The notes: generated by a model from the letters alone, not told the origin. 64,000 nt of DNA from a cyanobacterium endosymbiont of Rhopalodia gibba (GCA_045159875.1 CP067995.1:1920001-1984000); one strand, 5' to 3'; counted from the stretch's first letter, positions 43,261 through 55,374 are shown. Made by a program: numbers and translations.

Positions 43261-43695
43261 TTAGATGTAATCCCGTAACATTTTTCTTAGTTCAATATTA
43301 TGAATTTCTTCTTGTCCAATCATCCCGCGAGCGAACTCTTCGATATAGATACTCCCATTCTCTACAACTTCTAACAATTCCTTGTACAAATTTAAGGCTT
43401 TCTTTTCATGGTTAAGACTTTCTGTTAAAATTGCGCGTAAGTCATGTTCATTAGTCTCCTCCATAGGAGCAATTGATAAACTGGGATGACCTTCTAATCC
43501 AGTTAAGATCTCTCCCACTTGTTGAGCATGAAGAAGAGATTCAGTAGCCTGTTGTTGAAAAAACTGCACTATAGGAATACGATGAGGTCCTGTGACCATT
43601 AAACTATAGTGAGTGTAGCGGACGACCCCGGCTAGTTCATACTCCATGATCGAGTTTAGGAGTTTATTGGTTTTTTCGCGATCAAGTTCTCGCAT
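43261..43695 (-). CDS. Ferritin-like / bacterioferritin-family protein
   Basis: ELAGVVRYTHY, ESLLHA, HEKKAL and EEIH diiron-type ligands; 144 aa. Confidence 0.88.
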   Translation of the reverse strand: MRELDREKTNKLLNSIMEYELAGVVRYTHYSLMVTGPHRIPIVQFFQQQATESLLHAQQVGEILTGLEGHPSLSIAPMEETNEHDLRAILTESLNHEKKALNLYKELLEVVENGSIYIEEFARGMIGQEEIHNIELRKMLRDYI

Positions 43696-43752
43696 TTTAT
43701 TTTAGTCCCTACGACAAAGGAGAGTTCTATGCCAATAGAAACACTTTTGATA

Positions 43753-43806
43753 GTAGTCTGTCAAGGTGATATGTAGTCTGTCAAGATAAATTGAAGTAGT
43801 TGTCAG
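43753..43806. repeat. Direct repeats GTAGTCTGTCAAG x2 (20-nt period) plus a degenerate third copy
   Basis: Copies at 43753-43765 and 43773-43785, and GTAGT-TGTCAG at 43796-43806. Confidence 0.75.
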
Positions 43807-45410
43807 GAGACGATCATTAATTTAGAAATTAGTTTTTATTTCTTGGATATTTCGTTAGACCTTAAACTACATTAATTCTAATCACTTGTTTAAAAAATAT
43901 TTTTTAGTCACTGTTTATATAGAAATTTTGTACTGATCTCTATTTATTAAAAGTTTAGTCAGTCTCTTGAACACAAATAAACTGTTTACTTCTTCTGATA
44001 AAGATGACAAAATTCCCTAGTATTAGAAGCTTAAATAAAGTTTAAAGATAGTAAAAACATTAGTTATATAAAGTATCTTCTAACGTAAATCTGACATCAC
44101 TTTTAAAACATTTGTAGTCAGCAATGATAACTCCTGCAATTCTAAACTATTTGTGTATTAGACATAATTTAATACTTTTTATTATTGCTGTCTCTAATCT
44201 ATATTTAGTAATTTTACCTCCTAATTTATATGATTTATATTATCTTTTACAATTGTTTTTTGTTTATGTTAAATTCTAAAAAATAATTAGGTGATAAAAA
44301 AATATATAATATGTATCCTACTTCTTCAAGCTTTTGTATTGCGTTTGTGTAGCGCAATTAATAACAAATTAAGCCTCTAGAGTTAATTATTAATGCTTTT
44401 GAATAAAAAATATTTAATCTTATTGTAAACCCATGAAATTACTAATCAATTTATCTGCCATCAAAATTGTTTTTAAGACCATTTACAAATTTTCTATATC
44501 CTTTTTATATTGATTCATAGTAAATTTATTATATTTTTTAATATGCTTTTTGGGACCAACTATTAGTTACAAATTGCCAAAAATCATAATCTAATTTATA
44601 TAGATATTTTAACCAGACTCTATTATAGTATTAGCAGAGCATTTGATTAAGTCCATTAATCTGAGTTTGTAACATCAAAAAAATGTTGTATGGACTGTCG
44701 ATAAAGCCTATTTTAAAGAAATAAACAATTTCTGTGCTTTTGTTCTCCTAGAAACTTTTTAAGTTTGACTTAACTTAAATTAAAAGCCTCCCTGCTCCGA
44801 CTTGAGAAATTTTCTTGAACAAGAAAATGATATTAGTTGATCAGAGTTATTCTGGCTAAACCTCTTAACACATTTTTGGCTCTGTTTGTGGCGATTTAAA
44901 AAGAAATAATATATCATTAACATAATGCTGCTTATTCATATCTAACTACCTATTAATTCATCATTTTTAATTGAACCGGATACTGGTAATATTACTATTG
45001 TCAATAATCTTAATCAAAAAGTAAATCGTACTAGATTATTTTTGGTACTGAGTTTAACAGAAAATTGCTTCGAGCACAAAAAATAATAATTGTACTTTTA
45101 TATAAAAACTAAAAATAAAAAAAATATAGTTCCAACGATTTTTCCAATAAATTTATAAAAATTATGGGCTTATCTATGAAAATTTAACTATCATGATTTA
45201 ATTTTTGTTTAAAAAAGTAACCTAGATTAGTTCCGACGATTAAGATAGTAGAAATATTTAAAATGCCCTGTTTCATTTATAATAAATTGAGACAATTATA
45301 ATTAACCTGAATATCTAATGAAACCGAACTTCATTAAGATCCGGTAATTTTTTACAAAAATTAGTGTTTATATCATTAAATTGTAGTTTAAGTATTTGGT
45401 TATTAACCTT

Positions 45411-46697
45411 ATGACAATTTATCCTCAAAAAATCATTGATCTAGCCCTAAAATATGATGTGTCAGAAGCAGAAGTTTACCAGTTAAGTTCCTTATCTCAT
45501 CCAGTTTTTTTTGAAGCTAACCGTCTTAAACAATTACAAAGTAAACAATCCCAAGGAACTGCACTACGTTTATGGAAAGAAGGACGTCCAGGATTGGCAG
45601 TGGCTTACGGTTCTATTGATTCTCAAGAATTAGTAGAGAAAGCAATTGCTCTGTCTCAATTAAATCCCTCCACAATTATGGAATTGAGTCAACCACGCAT
45701 CGCTATTTATCCTAATATTGGCTCTTCCATCTCTGTTGAAACCCTAATTTCAACGGGAAAAAACGCGATTAATCAACTTCGGGATACTTATCCCGATGCT
45801 ATTTGTAACGGTGAATTTAGTTGTGAACAACATACAACTTTATTAATAAATTCTCAAGGACTCCATTGTCAATATCAAGAAACATCTATTAACTATTATT
45901 TAGGATTGGAATGGGTAAGGGGAGAAAATTTTCTAAGCATTTATGACGGTGAATTAACCCAAAATCAACTGAATCCAGATAAAGTAATTAAATGGATTCT
46001 ACAAAGGTTACAATGGGCTAACAAAAATGTAAGTCCCCCCACAGGAAAAATTCCGATTATGTTTACTCCTGATGCAGCTACTATATTGTGGGAAACAGTT
46101 GCTGATGCAATCAATGGAAAGCGAGTAATAGAAAACTCTTCTCCTTGGAATAAAAAATTAGGTGAAGTGGTTATGTCCCCCAAAATCACCTTATTTCAAG
46201 ATCCACAGCGTGCTCCATATACCTTCCCCTTTGATGATGAAGGAACTCCTACTCAACTCTTATCCTTAATTACCCAAGGACAGTTAGAACAATTTTACAG
46301 CGACCATACTATTGCCAGAGAGTTGGGTAAAAATAGTACAGGAAACGGATTTCGACCCGGGTTAGAACATTATCCAACTCCTAGTTTAGGGAATATGATT
46401 ATTGAGTCAGGAACTCAGTCTTTTGAGGAATTAATTAGTCAGTTAGATAATGCTTTAATTGTGGATCAAATGTTGGGAGGTGGGGCAGATATCTCGGGAG
46501 AATTTTCCATTAATGTTGACCTAGGATATCGGGTTGAAAAAGGAGAAATTACGGGTAGAGTTAAGGATACTATGGTAGCTGGGAATATTTATACTGCCCT
46601 AAAACAGGTGATTGGATTAGGTAATGATTCTCGATGGAATGGTTCTTATTATACTCCATCATTATTAGTAGAAGGGTTGTCAGTTATCGGTGAATAA
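45411..46697 (+). CDS. TldD/PmbA family protein (PmbA-like)
   Basis: FPFDDEGTP, STGNGFR, ISGEFS and GRVKDTMVAGN motifs; ATG at 45411 preferred. Confidence 0.9.
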   Translation: MTIYPQKIIDLALKYDVSEAEVYQLSSLSHPVFFEANRLKQLQSKQSQGTALRLWKEGRPGLAVAYGSIDSQELVEKAIALSQLNPSTIMELSQPRIAIYPNIGSSISVETLISTGKNAINQLRDTYPDAICNGEFSCEQHTTLLINSQGLHCQYQETSINYYLGLEWVRGENFLSIYDGELTQNQLNPDKVIKWILQRLQWANKNVSPPTGKIPIMFTPDAATILWETVADAINGKRVIENSSPWNKKLGEVVMSPKITLFQDPQRAPYTFPFDDEGTPTQLLSLITQGQLEQFYSDHTIARELGKNSTGNGFRPGLEHYPTPSLGNMIIESGTQSFEELISQLDNALIVDQMLGGGADISGEFSINVDLGYRVEKGEITGRVKDTMVAGNIYTALKQVIGLGNDSRWNGSYYTPSLLVEGLSVIGE

Positions 46698-46862
46698 ATT
46701 TATATTTATCATTCTGCTAAACCTATGATATTAAATTATTAATGCTATTAAAAACATTACTTTTGAATGAGTTTAGCCTCTAAAAATTTACTTTTTATTA
46801 GGCTATTTAGCAAGTAATAATTTTTTATAGCTTAGCTTATTTTCACCATTACAGAATTTAGC

Positions 46863-46906
46863 AGAGCCATATTTGTTAGATATTTAAAGTTAACAAATAT
46901 GGCTCT
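46863..46906. repeat. Perfect 16-bp inverted repeat with 12-nt loop
   Basis: AGAGCCATATTTGTTA ... TAACAAATATGGCTCT. Confidence 0.92.
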
Positions 46907-48311
46907 ACGTGAATAATTTGAAGGAGAGTCCCTTCTTACAAGTCAAATAAGACCGTAATTAGCTAAGGTAATTTATCTAAATTTATGATTTTGGAGTAAT
47001 ATAGAGATTGTCAATCATATTGTAGTCAGGTTGTTTAATTTATATGAATAAAAATATGACTTATTGTTAAATTTTAACCATTGTTTTTAACTTATACTAG
47101 TTTCTAGTATGCTCTAATAGTTAGCTAAATAGCTTTTTAATATAAATAAGAAACTGTATACAGATATGTTCTAATGAATGATTTAAACTTTAATAAATAT
47201 GATTAAAAACGTTAATATATTAACGACTCTTTCAATATATAAACTTCTATATCTATAATCTTTAGCCTAAATCTTTGCGTATTATTTCTATTTCTTATTT
47301 ACCCACTTTATTTCTTTTGGCTATATTCTTAATGTTAATATTTAAGACCTCTTCAATTATTTTTAATATTTCAGAAGATGTTTTTTTCTTACTTAAAAAG
47401 CTTAATTTTTCTGTACATATGTTTCATATTGATAACATATTATTTAGCTACACTCTTTGTTGAGATAAATGGTTTTTAACCAAGAAAAATATATTATAGT
47501 TAATTCATTTTTTTAATCTAATTTTCTAGTAGTCGAACTACAATAAGTATTAAGTGGCTGTCGAGTCTATTTTTAGAATAGATTGAATTGCTAAGATCTG
47601 ATAACGGATAATAGTGAGTTTTTTAAAATTCAGAATCTTATTCATTAGACTAAATTGAGTATTTTATATCATAGGTATAAATTAAGTCATGGTATTGAGT
47701 TGAGCATAATTTAATTCAGAGACAAAACCTGCGATAATACCGTCTATGTAATAATTATAACTTTTTATAAACCTATGATTAATAATTTAACTTTTTCTTT
47801 CTATTTTTAATTTTTACATAACAGGTTTGATATAACCATGAAAACCTCATACTCAATCATCATTACAAAGTAAAACTTCTAGTCCTTGGCTTGTGTTGGC
47901 TCCTTAAAAAAATTTTTAAAGTTTAAATCTATCATTTTGATTACTCGGTAGAAGGCTACAAATATAAGTGAGAAATCTGTTTAAATTATTAATAGATATC
48001 ATGCACATACCTACATTTTTGATGCTCAAATATCAAAGATAATATTCTGTATTTGCAACTATATTATTAATCTACTAAATCTTTCTGTCGGCTTCTAATT
48101 CTTGCAAAGTTGCTATCTAAATATTGTCGTAAAAATTTTAATTATTTAAACTAAAAATTATTGGTTTTTGATATTTATTGAATCTATCTAAATATTTCTG
48201 AACACTTTTTTATTTTGACGATTTTCTAAAAAATATCCTTTCAATTGAATATTGATTATCGTACCAAAATTAACTTTTTTATTTAGTACAGTTTTAGTCC
48301 TCAGATATTCA

Positions 48312-48363
48312 TGTTAATCAGCTAAAACCCAAAATATATATTTTGGGTTTTAGCTGATTAACA
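48312..48363. repeat. Perfect 52-bp palindrome
   Basis: TGTTAATCAGCTAAAACCCAAAATAT|ATATTTTGGGTTTTAGCTGATTAACA. Confidence 0.96.
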
Positions 48364-48530
48364 CAAACCAAATAAATTGGTTTAAATATTATAAATATTA
48401 ACTGATAGCTAACACGATATTAACTTTCTAATTATCCCCTGATAGGTATCTTATCTATTTTTTACTCGATTATCTCGATTATTTTTTTAAAAAATTTTGA
48501 AAGCTAGTAAAAGTACACTGTTTTCAGTAT

Positions 48531-49616
48531 TTACCTTAAATCAGGAAAAACATCTAAAATAGCTGGATGTACTACACGACTTCCTTTAATATTTAAGCCT
48601 TTCCCTAAAGCAACATCTTTGTCTAACACATCTAAACTTTGATCAGCTAATTTCATCACATATGGCAAGGTACTATGGTTGAGGGCTTGGGTAGCTGTCC
48701 AAGGAACTGCCCCAGGCATATTAGGGACCCCAAAATGAATGACTCCTTCTTCAAGGTAGGTCGGGTCAGTATAGGATGTAGTTCGTGAAGTTTCAATACA
48801 ACCCCCCTGATCTACCGCTACATCAATAATGACTGAACCTGGGTTCATTTTGCCTACTAATCCTCGTGAAACTAAAATGGGAGCGCGTTTTCCTAAAAGT
48901 AACACCGCTCCGATTAATAAATCCGCTTGGGGAACAATCAACTCAATGTTATATGTATTGCTGTGAAGTAATTCAACTCTCGATCCGAAAAGAGTTTCTA
49001 AGTAAAATAATCGGTCAACATTAATATCAAGAATTTGTACTTGTGCACCCATTCCTACAGCAACTTTAGCTGCTTCAGTTCCGACGACACCACCGCCTAG
49101 AATAGTAACACGACCTGAACGCACTCCAGGAATTCCCCCTAACAGAATTCCTCGTCCTCCTTGTTGTTTCCCTAGGTATCTTGCGCCAAATTGTACCGCT
49201 AACCTCCCAGCAATGACACTCATAGGGGTTAATAGGGGAAGTTTTCCGTCAGGCAATTCTACGGTTTCATAAGCGATAGCGGTAATTCCTGAGTTTATCA
49301 ATGCTTCAGTTAGATGACGATCAGCCGCTAGGTGAAGATAAGTAAATAATAACTGGGGTTTATCTAAATAGGGATATTCTTCGAGGAGAGGTTCTTTAAC
49401 CTTGACTACTAATTCTCTGTCCCAAGCATTGATTGCGGTAGGAACAATATTTGCTCCTGCTTTTTGATAGTCCATATCGGAGAATCCTGCACCCATCCCT
49501 GCATTAGTTTCAACAAAGACAAGATGACCACGATCATGCAATACCTTAACACTGCTGGGACTCAACCCGACACGAAATTCTTGGTCTTTAATTTCCTTAG
49601 GAACGCCTATCTCCAT
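48531..49616 (-). CDS. ald: Alanine dehydrogenase
   Basis: MEIGVPKEIK, KVKEP, FTYLHLAA, GGGVVG, DVAVDQGGC and NMPGAVP motifs; ATG at 49616. Confidence 0.96.
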   Translation of the reverse strand: MEIGVPKEIKDQEFRVGLSPSSVKVLHDRGHLVFVETNAGMGAGFSDMDYQKAGANIVPTAINAWDRELVVKVKEPLLEEYPYLDKPQLLFTYLHLAADRHLTEALINSGITAIAYETVELPDGKLPLLTPMSVIAGRLAVQFGARYLGKQQGGRGILLGGIPGVRSGRVTILGGGVVGTEAAKVAVGMGAQVQILDINVDRLFYLETLFGSRVELLHSNTYNIELIVPQADLLIGAVLLLGKRAPILVSRGLVGKMNPGSVIIDVAVDQGGCIETSRTTSYTDPTYLEEGVIHFGVPNMPGAVPWTATQALNHSTLPYVMKLADQSLDVLDKDVALGKGLNIKGSRVVHPAILDVFPDLR

Positions 49617-50171
49617 TTGCACCCTCATTCTAATAAATGTTCTTTATCATAATGTAACGAGAATTAAAGCTGATGGGGTTATTCATTGAAGTAATCACTA
49701 CTAATGCCAAGTAATTAAAAGGGAACAAATAGATTAATTTTGTTACTAACAATCTTCAGAACACTTAAAAAACTGACAGTTGGCCAACAGTTTCTTATAG
49801 ATGAACGGATATCTCCATTTGCTAAGTCCTCTGGTGTCATTATAGCGTACTCGATAACCTTGAAAAAAGCTATCGAATACACAGAGAAATTGAAAAGTAT
49901 AAGCTCCTTTTAAAATACTTTAAATATTTGGTTATATCGTCATAGAATTTAACTTATTTTAAAGGTTATTCTAGTATATATATTTTGATTCTATGTCAAA
50001 AGTCTATTGATAATTTTCTAAATATTTTTTATATATTTTTATGTTTCTTGAACATGTGATTTAGTTAATTTTTAACAAATTATTGGATTAATAAAAAAAT
50101 ATTTGTTATAAAATTTATAAAATTTGTGTTACAATGGCGACCGTTATTTTTTTATTCAAGTTGTTCTTTCT

Positions 50172-50639
50172 ATGAAACTCAATTTACAAAAAATAGCGAC
50201 TTTATTAGCAATATTTACCATAACTCTTCCCCGTCAGATACTAGCTCAAGATCTACCAGCTGAAACCTATCAGCCTGGCTATTGGCAACCTGTGGATAGA
50301 TTTGATGTTAAACGTTCGGTGGAAGTTTTATTAATTAACAAAACCGAAATACCCTTGGAATATGATATAACTGAGCTAAAATCAACTAATCCTCAAGCTC
50401 TCAAGGCTGGAGAAAGGGGAACCTTAAAAAATTTTGGTAACTCTGCTTATATTGTTGTTTATCCAACTATTTCTGTAGATCCTAACAATCCATTAACCCT
50501 TAAATTTAATGTGAAAGTGGAAGAAGATAATAAAATTATCGTCATTATTGAAAATGACATAATCAGCAAAGAAACCCCAAATTTTTTAGGACATCGAGCC
50601 ATTAACTTACAAGAAAATGGGGGGATTTATTTATACTAA
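50172..50639 (+). CDS. Secreted hypothetical protein
   Basis: Signal-peptide-like MKLNLQKIATLLAIFTITLPRQILAQ, YQPGYWQP motif, ends GGIYLY; gene-like composition. Confidence 0.7.
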   Translation: MKLNLQKIATLLAIFTITLPRQILAQDLPAETYQPGYWQPVDRFDVKRSVEVLLINKTEIPLEYDITELKSTNPQALKAGERGTLKNFGNSAYIVVYPTISVDPNNPLTLKFNVKVEEDNKIIVIIENDIISKETPNFLGHRAINLQENGGIYLY

Positions 50640-52622
50640 ACCTTATTGATTCTGGATATTTTGGACTCAAAATACTAAAGTAACAGCCAAAAAATTCTGA
50701 ACTTCTTATTCAAAACGGTATTCTGTAACTTCATAAACTTGGTTTTGTGAATATCAAGTTTCTGGAATCTCTAGAAATATTACAAAGTAAAACTTTCGGC
50801 TCTTTTTACTATAATGTTGTCACAGCCAATCCTAAAAGAAGTCAATCATCTAGGTTTACAAGTCTCATAAAAATCAGGAGAAATAACACTTGGTAAAATT
50901 AAACTAGATGGAAGAGCACAATTTAAATTTTTACTATTTATAGATACTCAGCTTGCTATGATAATTGATATCATCATAGATTATTATTAATATTTATTCT
51001 CGTTTATATTTAGGAAAATTAGATATAAGAATTAGTTCCCATGGATAACCTATTCTTCACATATCTACAATGGTTATAGTTCTTTGTTAAAGATCTAAAC
51101 TGGCAATCACTCCAAATAGTTCTTGATTTAAATAAGTATTATATCAGTAAATTAAAAAATAAGTATGACGCCAGTTATTTACCACCTAATAAGATAAAAT
51201 AACAGATAAATTACAACCATAATTCAAATAATTGTTTTATATTTAAAACGTTTCTTATTTATGGATCAAGATGTATATTACAAAGAGTTCTTATAGCATA
51301 ATTACGGAGTTTTTGAGTGGCAATTTCTTTGGAATTTTGATTGATTGCAAGATCAGGATAATGAACAATTTTAATAAAAATATTTTTCTCATTATTCACA
51401 GATCCATTCTCATAGTATTTTTGAAATCAAGACTTAGTTTTACTGCAACCGTAAAATTACGGACCATAGGCACTTTTATTAAGAAATATGATAATTTTCT
51501 AAAATTTTTTTTTGTTACACTACTTTGATAGAGATTGAGGTTTATTTTTACTCCAATAGATAATCATAAATCTTTCCTATTTTTGGATTAATTTTAAGAT
51601 AGACAAAAAAGGTTCTTTTGGGTTTAAGCTAAAATCTCAATTTCGGTTAGATTTTTAATTTTTTATTGATTTTTCCAAAGCTACCTCAGGATAGTCATAC
51701 CACACACAATTAGGATATAAAAATTGGTTGGCTTAGGTTTCTTGTTGATATATTTTAGTTTAAGTCAAATAATAGGATAGGTTCCTGTTACGCTTTTATA
51801 GTTGACGTGAATTGCTGAAATATCACCATCTTTATCCAACTAGTATCCGACTATTTTTACTCTTCATTCTAGTCTTACTGCTCCATTACAATAGAACGTT
51901 TCCTTGAGTCTACGAGGGAAGATTTTTTCTGACGGAATAGGCAATGATTGTCAAAGGTATTCTTGGACTGATTGAATGATTGTAGGTTAGTTGAGTAACT
52001 GCTTTTGACTAAGCTAGGATAAATTTAATGATTCAAGCTATCATGTTTTTATGGTTAAGATTGCAATTTAAATTATTAAAAAAAAGGTTTTTTGATTGCC
52101 ATTGATTTTTATATAATGGCAACTTGGTTTAAATTCTAAAAAATTGTTAACAATGTTAATGAGATAAAAGTCATAACTTGCATAAGAATAATAGCTAAAT
52201 TGATAGCAACGATAGCATAAGCCTGAATTTTACCTCCAGGATAGTTAAAAACAGATTACCTCATTATACAAGTTTAATTTTACCTATAAAAATTATTTTT
52301 AACTAAGTAATTTACCTGTATACTTTTTTAAGATTTAAAGTAAAGAATTTAGTCCTATTAGAAAAATAAAATCATAATTTATTACCAATAAATAATTAAT
52401 CTTACTGATCTATTTTTTTAAAAAAAGGCTGTTTCTACCTCAATTTTTTAAAAATTGATTTTAATCTCTAAATTTATTTCAAATTAGAAATAAGTAGTTA
52501 AGCGGGGGTCAATTGAACAATACCAACATAACTAAGGTTTATCGTCTTTATTTAAAGTATTAGTATTGATGATAATTATATCGTCAAGATTATTTGGCTT
52601 ATGATATTAAAGTATTAAACTA

Positions 52623-52668
52623 TTATGCAGAACATAGAAAAATGTACATTTTTCTATGTTCTGCATAA
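52623..52668. repeat. Perfect 46-bp palindrome
   Basis: TTATGCAGAACATAGAAAAATGT|ACATTTTTCTATGTTCTGCATAA. Confidence 0.96.
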
Positions 52669-52968
52669 CACTGCCAAAGTAAGCTTAAGCCTGTTAAGGT
52701 TTCTTGCTCAGCTTAGCTTTTAAATACTACCTCATTACAGCTATAACTAGCTATTTTATGTAAATCCTATCAACGTAAATACCATCGAGAGTTTCTTCAA
52801 TACTCTATAAGTAAGATAGTTAATTCTACAACTACATTTATCCACAATCACACTAGTTTACTAAACTGTATCACTATTTTATAACTAAAGATAAACCTAG
52901 AGTTTTATAGTTCAGAGTTTGACAAACTTAAAAACAAGTACTTAACAAATACTAAACTATACTCTCAG

Positions 52969-53997
52969 TTATGATTTATCTTGCCAGACATCTAAAATAT
53001 CTGTTACTAATATTTCCTTAAGCCAAACTTTACTCACTACTGCTAGAGGCAAAGCAAGAAAAAATCCTAAAATACCAAAAATAATTGGAAAAAATAGTTG
53101 GGATAATAGAATGAATGCTGGAAGCAAAGATGCTTTTTTACGTATAACGAAGGAATCTAAAAAATGAATTTGTATTTGGTGTATTGAAACATACAAAATA
53201 ATAACAATAATTGATTTCCAGGGACTTTCTAGAAGAGCGATGGCTACAGGAGGAACAACACTTAAAACAAAACCTATGTTAGGAATAAAAGCAAGAATTC
53301 CTGCCAACATAGCTTGAGATAGTGCCAAGGGAATTTCTAATATTAATAATCCCAGAAAACTTAATAAGGCAATTACTAAAATATCAAATAAAACACAAAT
53401 AAACCATCCTTGTAATGCCTCATCACATTGACACAAAATATCATCGATTTTCTTTCTATAAAATGATGGAAATAACCGAATAAATCCCTGGCGGTAAGGT
53501 TGAGGATTAGTTAATAACATCAGGGTTAGTGCTAATAACAAAAGTAAACTTAGGGGAATGGCAAGAGTATTGTAAAATACAGATAAGCCTTGTCCAGCAA
53601 TTTGGTTAACTAAAGGTTGCAATTGTTGAGTTAGTTCTTGTATATTAGGAAAATCAGGAATCCATTCTGGATCAAGTTGAGAAATGAATTTTCTGAGGCT
53701 TACAATCAACTGTTCAATGCCTTGGGAAACCAATTGAATTAACTCTGGAAATTGGTTAGTAAAAGGAGGAACAATGACCCAAAAAAAAACAGCTATAGTA
53801 GCTAGTAATATCCCCGTGGAAAGTAAAACTCCATAGCTTCGTCTGATGCCTTTATCTTGGAACCATTTAACTAAATGGTTCAATCCATTAGCAATCACAA
53901 CAGCTGCAAAAAACAACGATAACAGTTGGCGGATTTGCCATAAAATCTGAAGAGCAACAGCTATAACTATAAATCCAAGCCATTGAGAAAAATTCAT
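52969..53997 (-). CDS. AI-2E (PerM) family transporter
   Basis: Multi-TM protein, LAFIPNIG and LALPLAVV motifs. Confidence 0.88.
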   Translation of the reverse strand: MNFSQWLGFIVIAVALQILWQIRQLLSLFFAAVVIANGLNHLVKWFQDKGIRRSYGVLLSTGILLATIAVFFWVIVPPFTNQFPELIQLVSQGIEQLIVSLRKFISQLDPEWIPDFPNIQELTQQLQPLVNQIAGQGLSVFYNTLAIPLSLLLLLALTLMLLTNPQPYRQGFIRLFPSFYRKKIDDILCQCDEALQGWFICVLFDILVIALLSFLGLLILEIPLALSQAMLAGILAFIPNIGFVLSVVPPVAIALLESPWKSIIVIILYVSIHQIQIHFLDSFVIRKKASLLPAFILLSQLFFPIIFGILGFFLALPLAVVSKVWLKEILVTDILDVWQDKS

Positions 53998-54212
53998 CTG
54001 ATTGAATCCTTATCAATATAAAGATCGATTGAAAGTTGATTTCTCAGTTTCCATACTAGAGCACAAATCATCAACAGAGGAGGAATGGCCATTTCCATAA
54101 TTGTATGAAATGAAGTGGGGACAATAGCCACGCGTTCTTCTCTATACTTAATCACGATCGAAAGTCCTAAAACTTTTACTATAAAGCCAATTTGATGATC
54201 AATGATGTCCAT
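53994..54212 (-). CDS. Small hypothetical membrane protein, possibly degrading
   Basis: FIVKVLGLSIVIKY...IPPLLMICALVWK; stop overlaps the AI-2E start (ATGA). Confidence 0.5.
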   Translation of the reverse strand: MDIIDHQIGFIVKVLGLSIVIKYREERVAIVPTSFHTIMEMAIPPLLMICALVWKLRNQLSIDLYIDKDSIR

Positions 54213-54974
54213 GTTTCTGTCTACATTAGTTGAATTTAACTAAAAGCCCATCTCTATTATTTTTTGCCTTAATAGGTTCTTTTCTCAAATACAAGAATCC
54301 TAAGGGTTTATCCTGAAATATATAAGTCTAAGTTTAATGACTAATCATCAATATAGTCAAGATTTAAATGAGCAGCATCGTTAAAATCTTCGATATCTAA
54401 AAGTAAGGATAAAAATAGAAAATTTGGTTATTTTGGGAGAAAATTTCACTAAGTATAAAGATTGTTAATAGCCTTAAACAGACAATAGGTATAAGTTGAT
54501 ACAATTCTTCATAAGCAAAAAAGATTAAAGCAATAGTCATAAACACCTAAAATAAACTAAGTATTTTTAGCCACGTCTACAAAAGTAAGGCAGATAGAAT
54601 GGGAGAATAAAATTGATCTCAATAACGAGTAATTAACTAAACTTCCACTGGAGGTATTAGATTACTTAGGAGTAGGATTAAAATTCGATACTTGTATTTA
54701 TTGGCTGAATTTAACCAATGTTCATGATGAGGGGGTGGATATCAGTTGACCATTAATGAGTCTAAAGCTTAAGAATTTTTATAATCACTAGTAAAAGTCT
54801 CCGGTTTTAGTGGACTATGTCTCGTTTTTTATGGAACATAATATAAAGATTTACGAAAGTAACTCTTCAAAAAATTGAAGATTAGAGGTTCAGAAATTCA
54901 ATCTAAACCCTACAATGAGATATTAAATATTATGATCAAGTTAGTTCTAAGTTATTTAGAATTGTTGTTTAAAA

Positions 54975-55047
54975 TGGAGAATAGGGGAATCGAACCCCTG
55001 ACCTCTGCGGTGCGATCGCAGCACTCTACCGACTGAGCTAATTCCCC
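54975..55047 (-). tRNA. trnA: tRNA-Ala (anticodon CGC)
   Basis: GGGGAATTAGCTCAGTCGGTAGAGTGCTGCGATCGCACCGCAGAGGTCAGGGGTTCGATTCCCCTATTCTCCA: cloverleaf, G3:U70 pair, TTCGA loop; CCA tail not encoded after the discriminator. Confidence 0.96.
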
Positions 55048-55080
55048 ATAAGGTTTTACAACCCATTATCATAACATTGA

Positions 55081-55374
55081 ATGCTCGTATTTGTTATCTT
55101 ATGTAATTTTCTGCTAACAATTCTTGATTTTTATCTTGTTTTTCGTCTCTGGAAAATTCATCGTCTCCTTGTTAAGGTTACTAAAATCTCAACAAGGATC
55201 GAACAACATACCAACTATATTTTCAAGCAGGTCTCTGTGGTGATTATGGATAGACAACTCCAAACTTATCAAGTCAGAGAACTATATCAAGAACTAACTT
55301 GGAAACTTCAAAAACTGCAACAAAGTCTACAGTTGATCAATCTAGGATTATACCTTTGGAGACGTTATTTTTGA
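55081..55374 (+). CDS. Small hypothetical membrane protein
   Basis: N-terminal TM helix followed by a basic coiled coil; resembles small cyanobacterial hypothetical proteins. Confidence 0.6.
   Translation: MLVFVILCNFLLTILDFYLVFRLWKIHRLLVKVTKISTRIEQHTNYIFKQVSVVIMDRQLQTYQVRELYQELTWKLQKLQQSLQLINLGLYLWRRYF

Noticed and set aside
47275..47463. 62-aa ORF in an AT desert
   Set aside because: Low-complexity F/L/I/K composition expected from AT-rich non-coding DNA; TTG start and no motif.
51271..51528. 85-aa plus-strand ORF
   Set aside because: AT-driven composition; the opposite strand looks more like a decayed gene.
54230..54420. Possible psb28 remnant upstream of the AI-2E operon
   Set aside because: The translation I tried gave no convincing Psb28 motifs.
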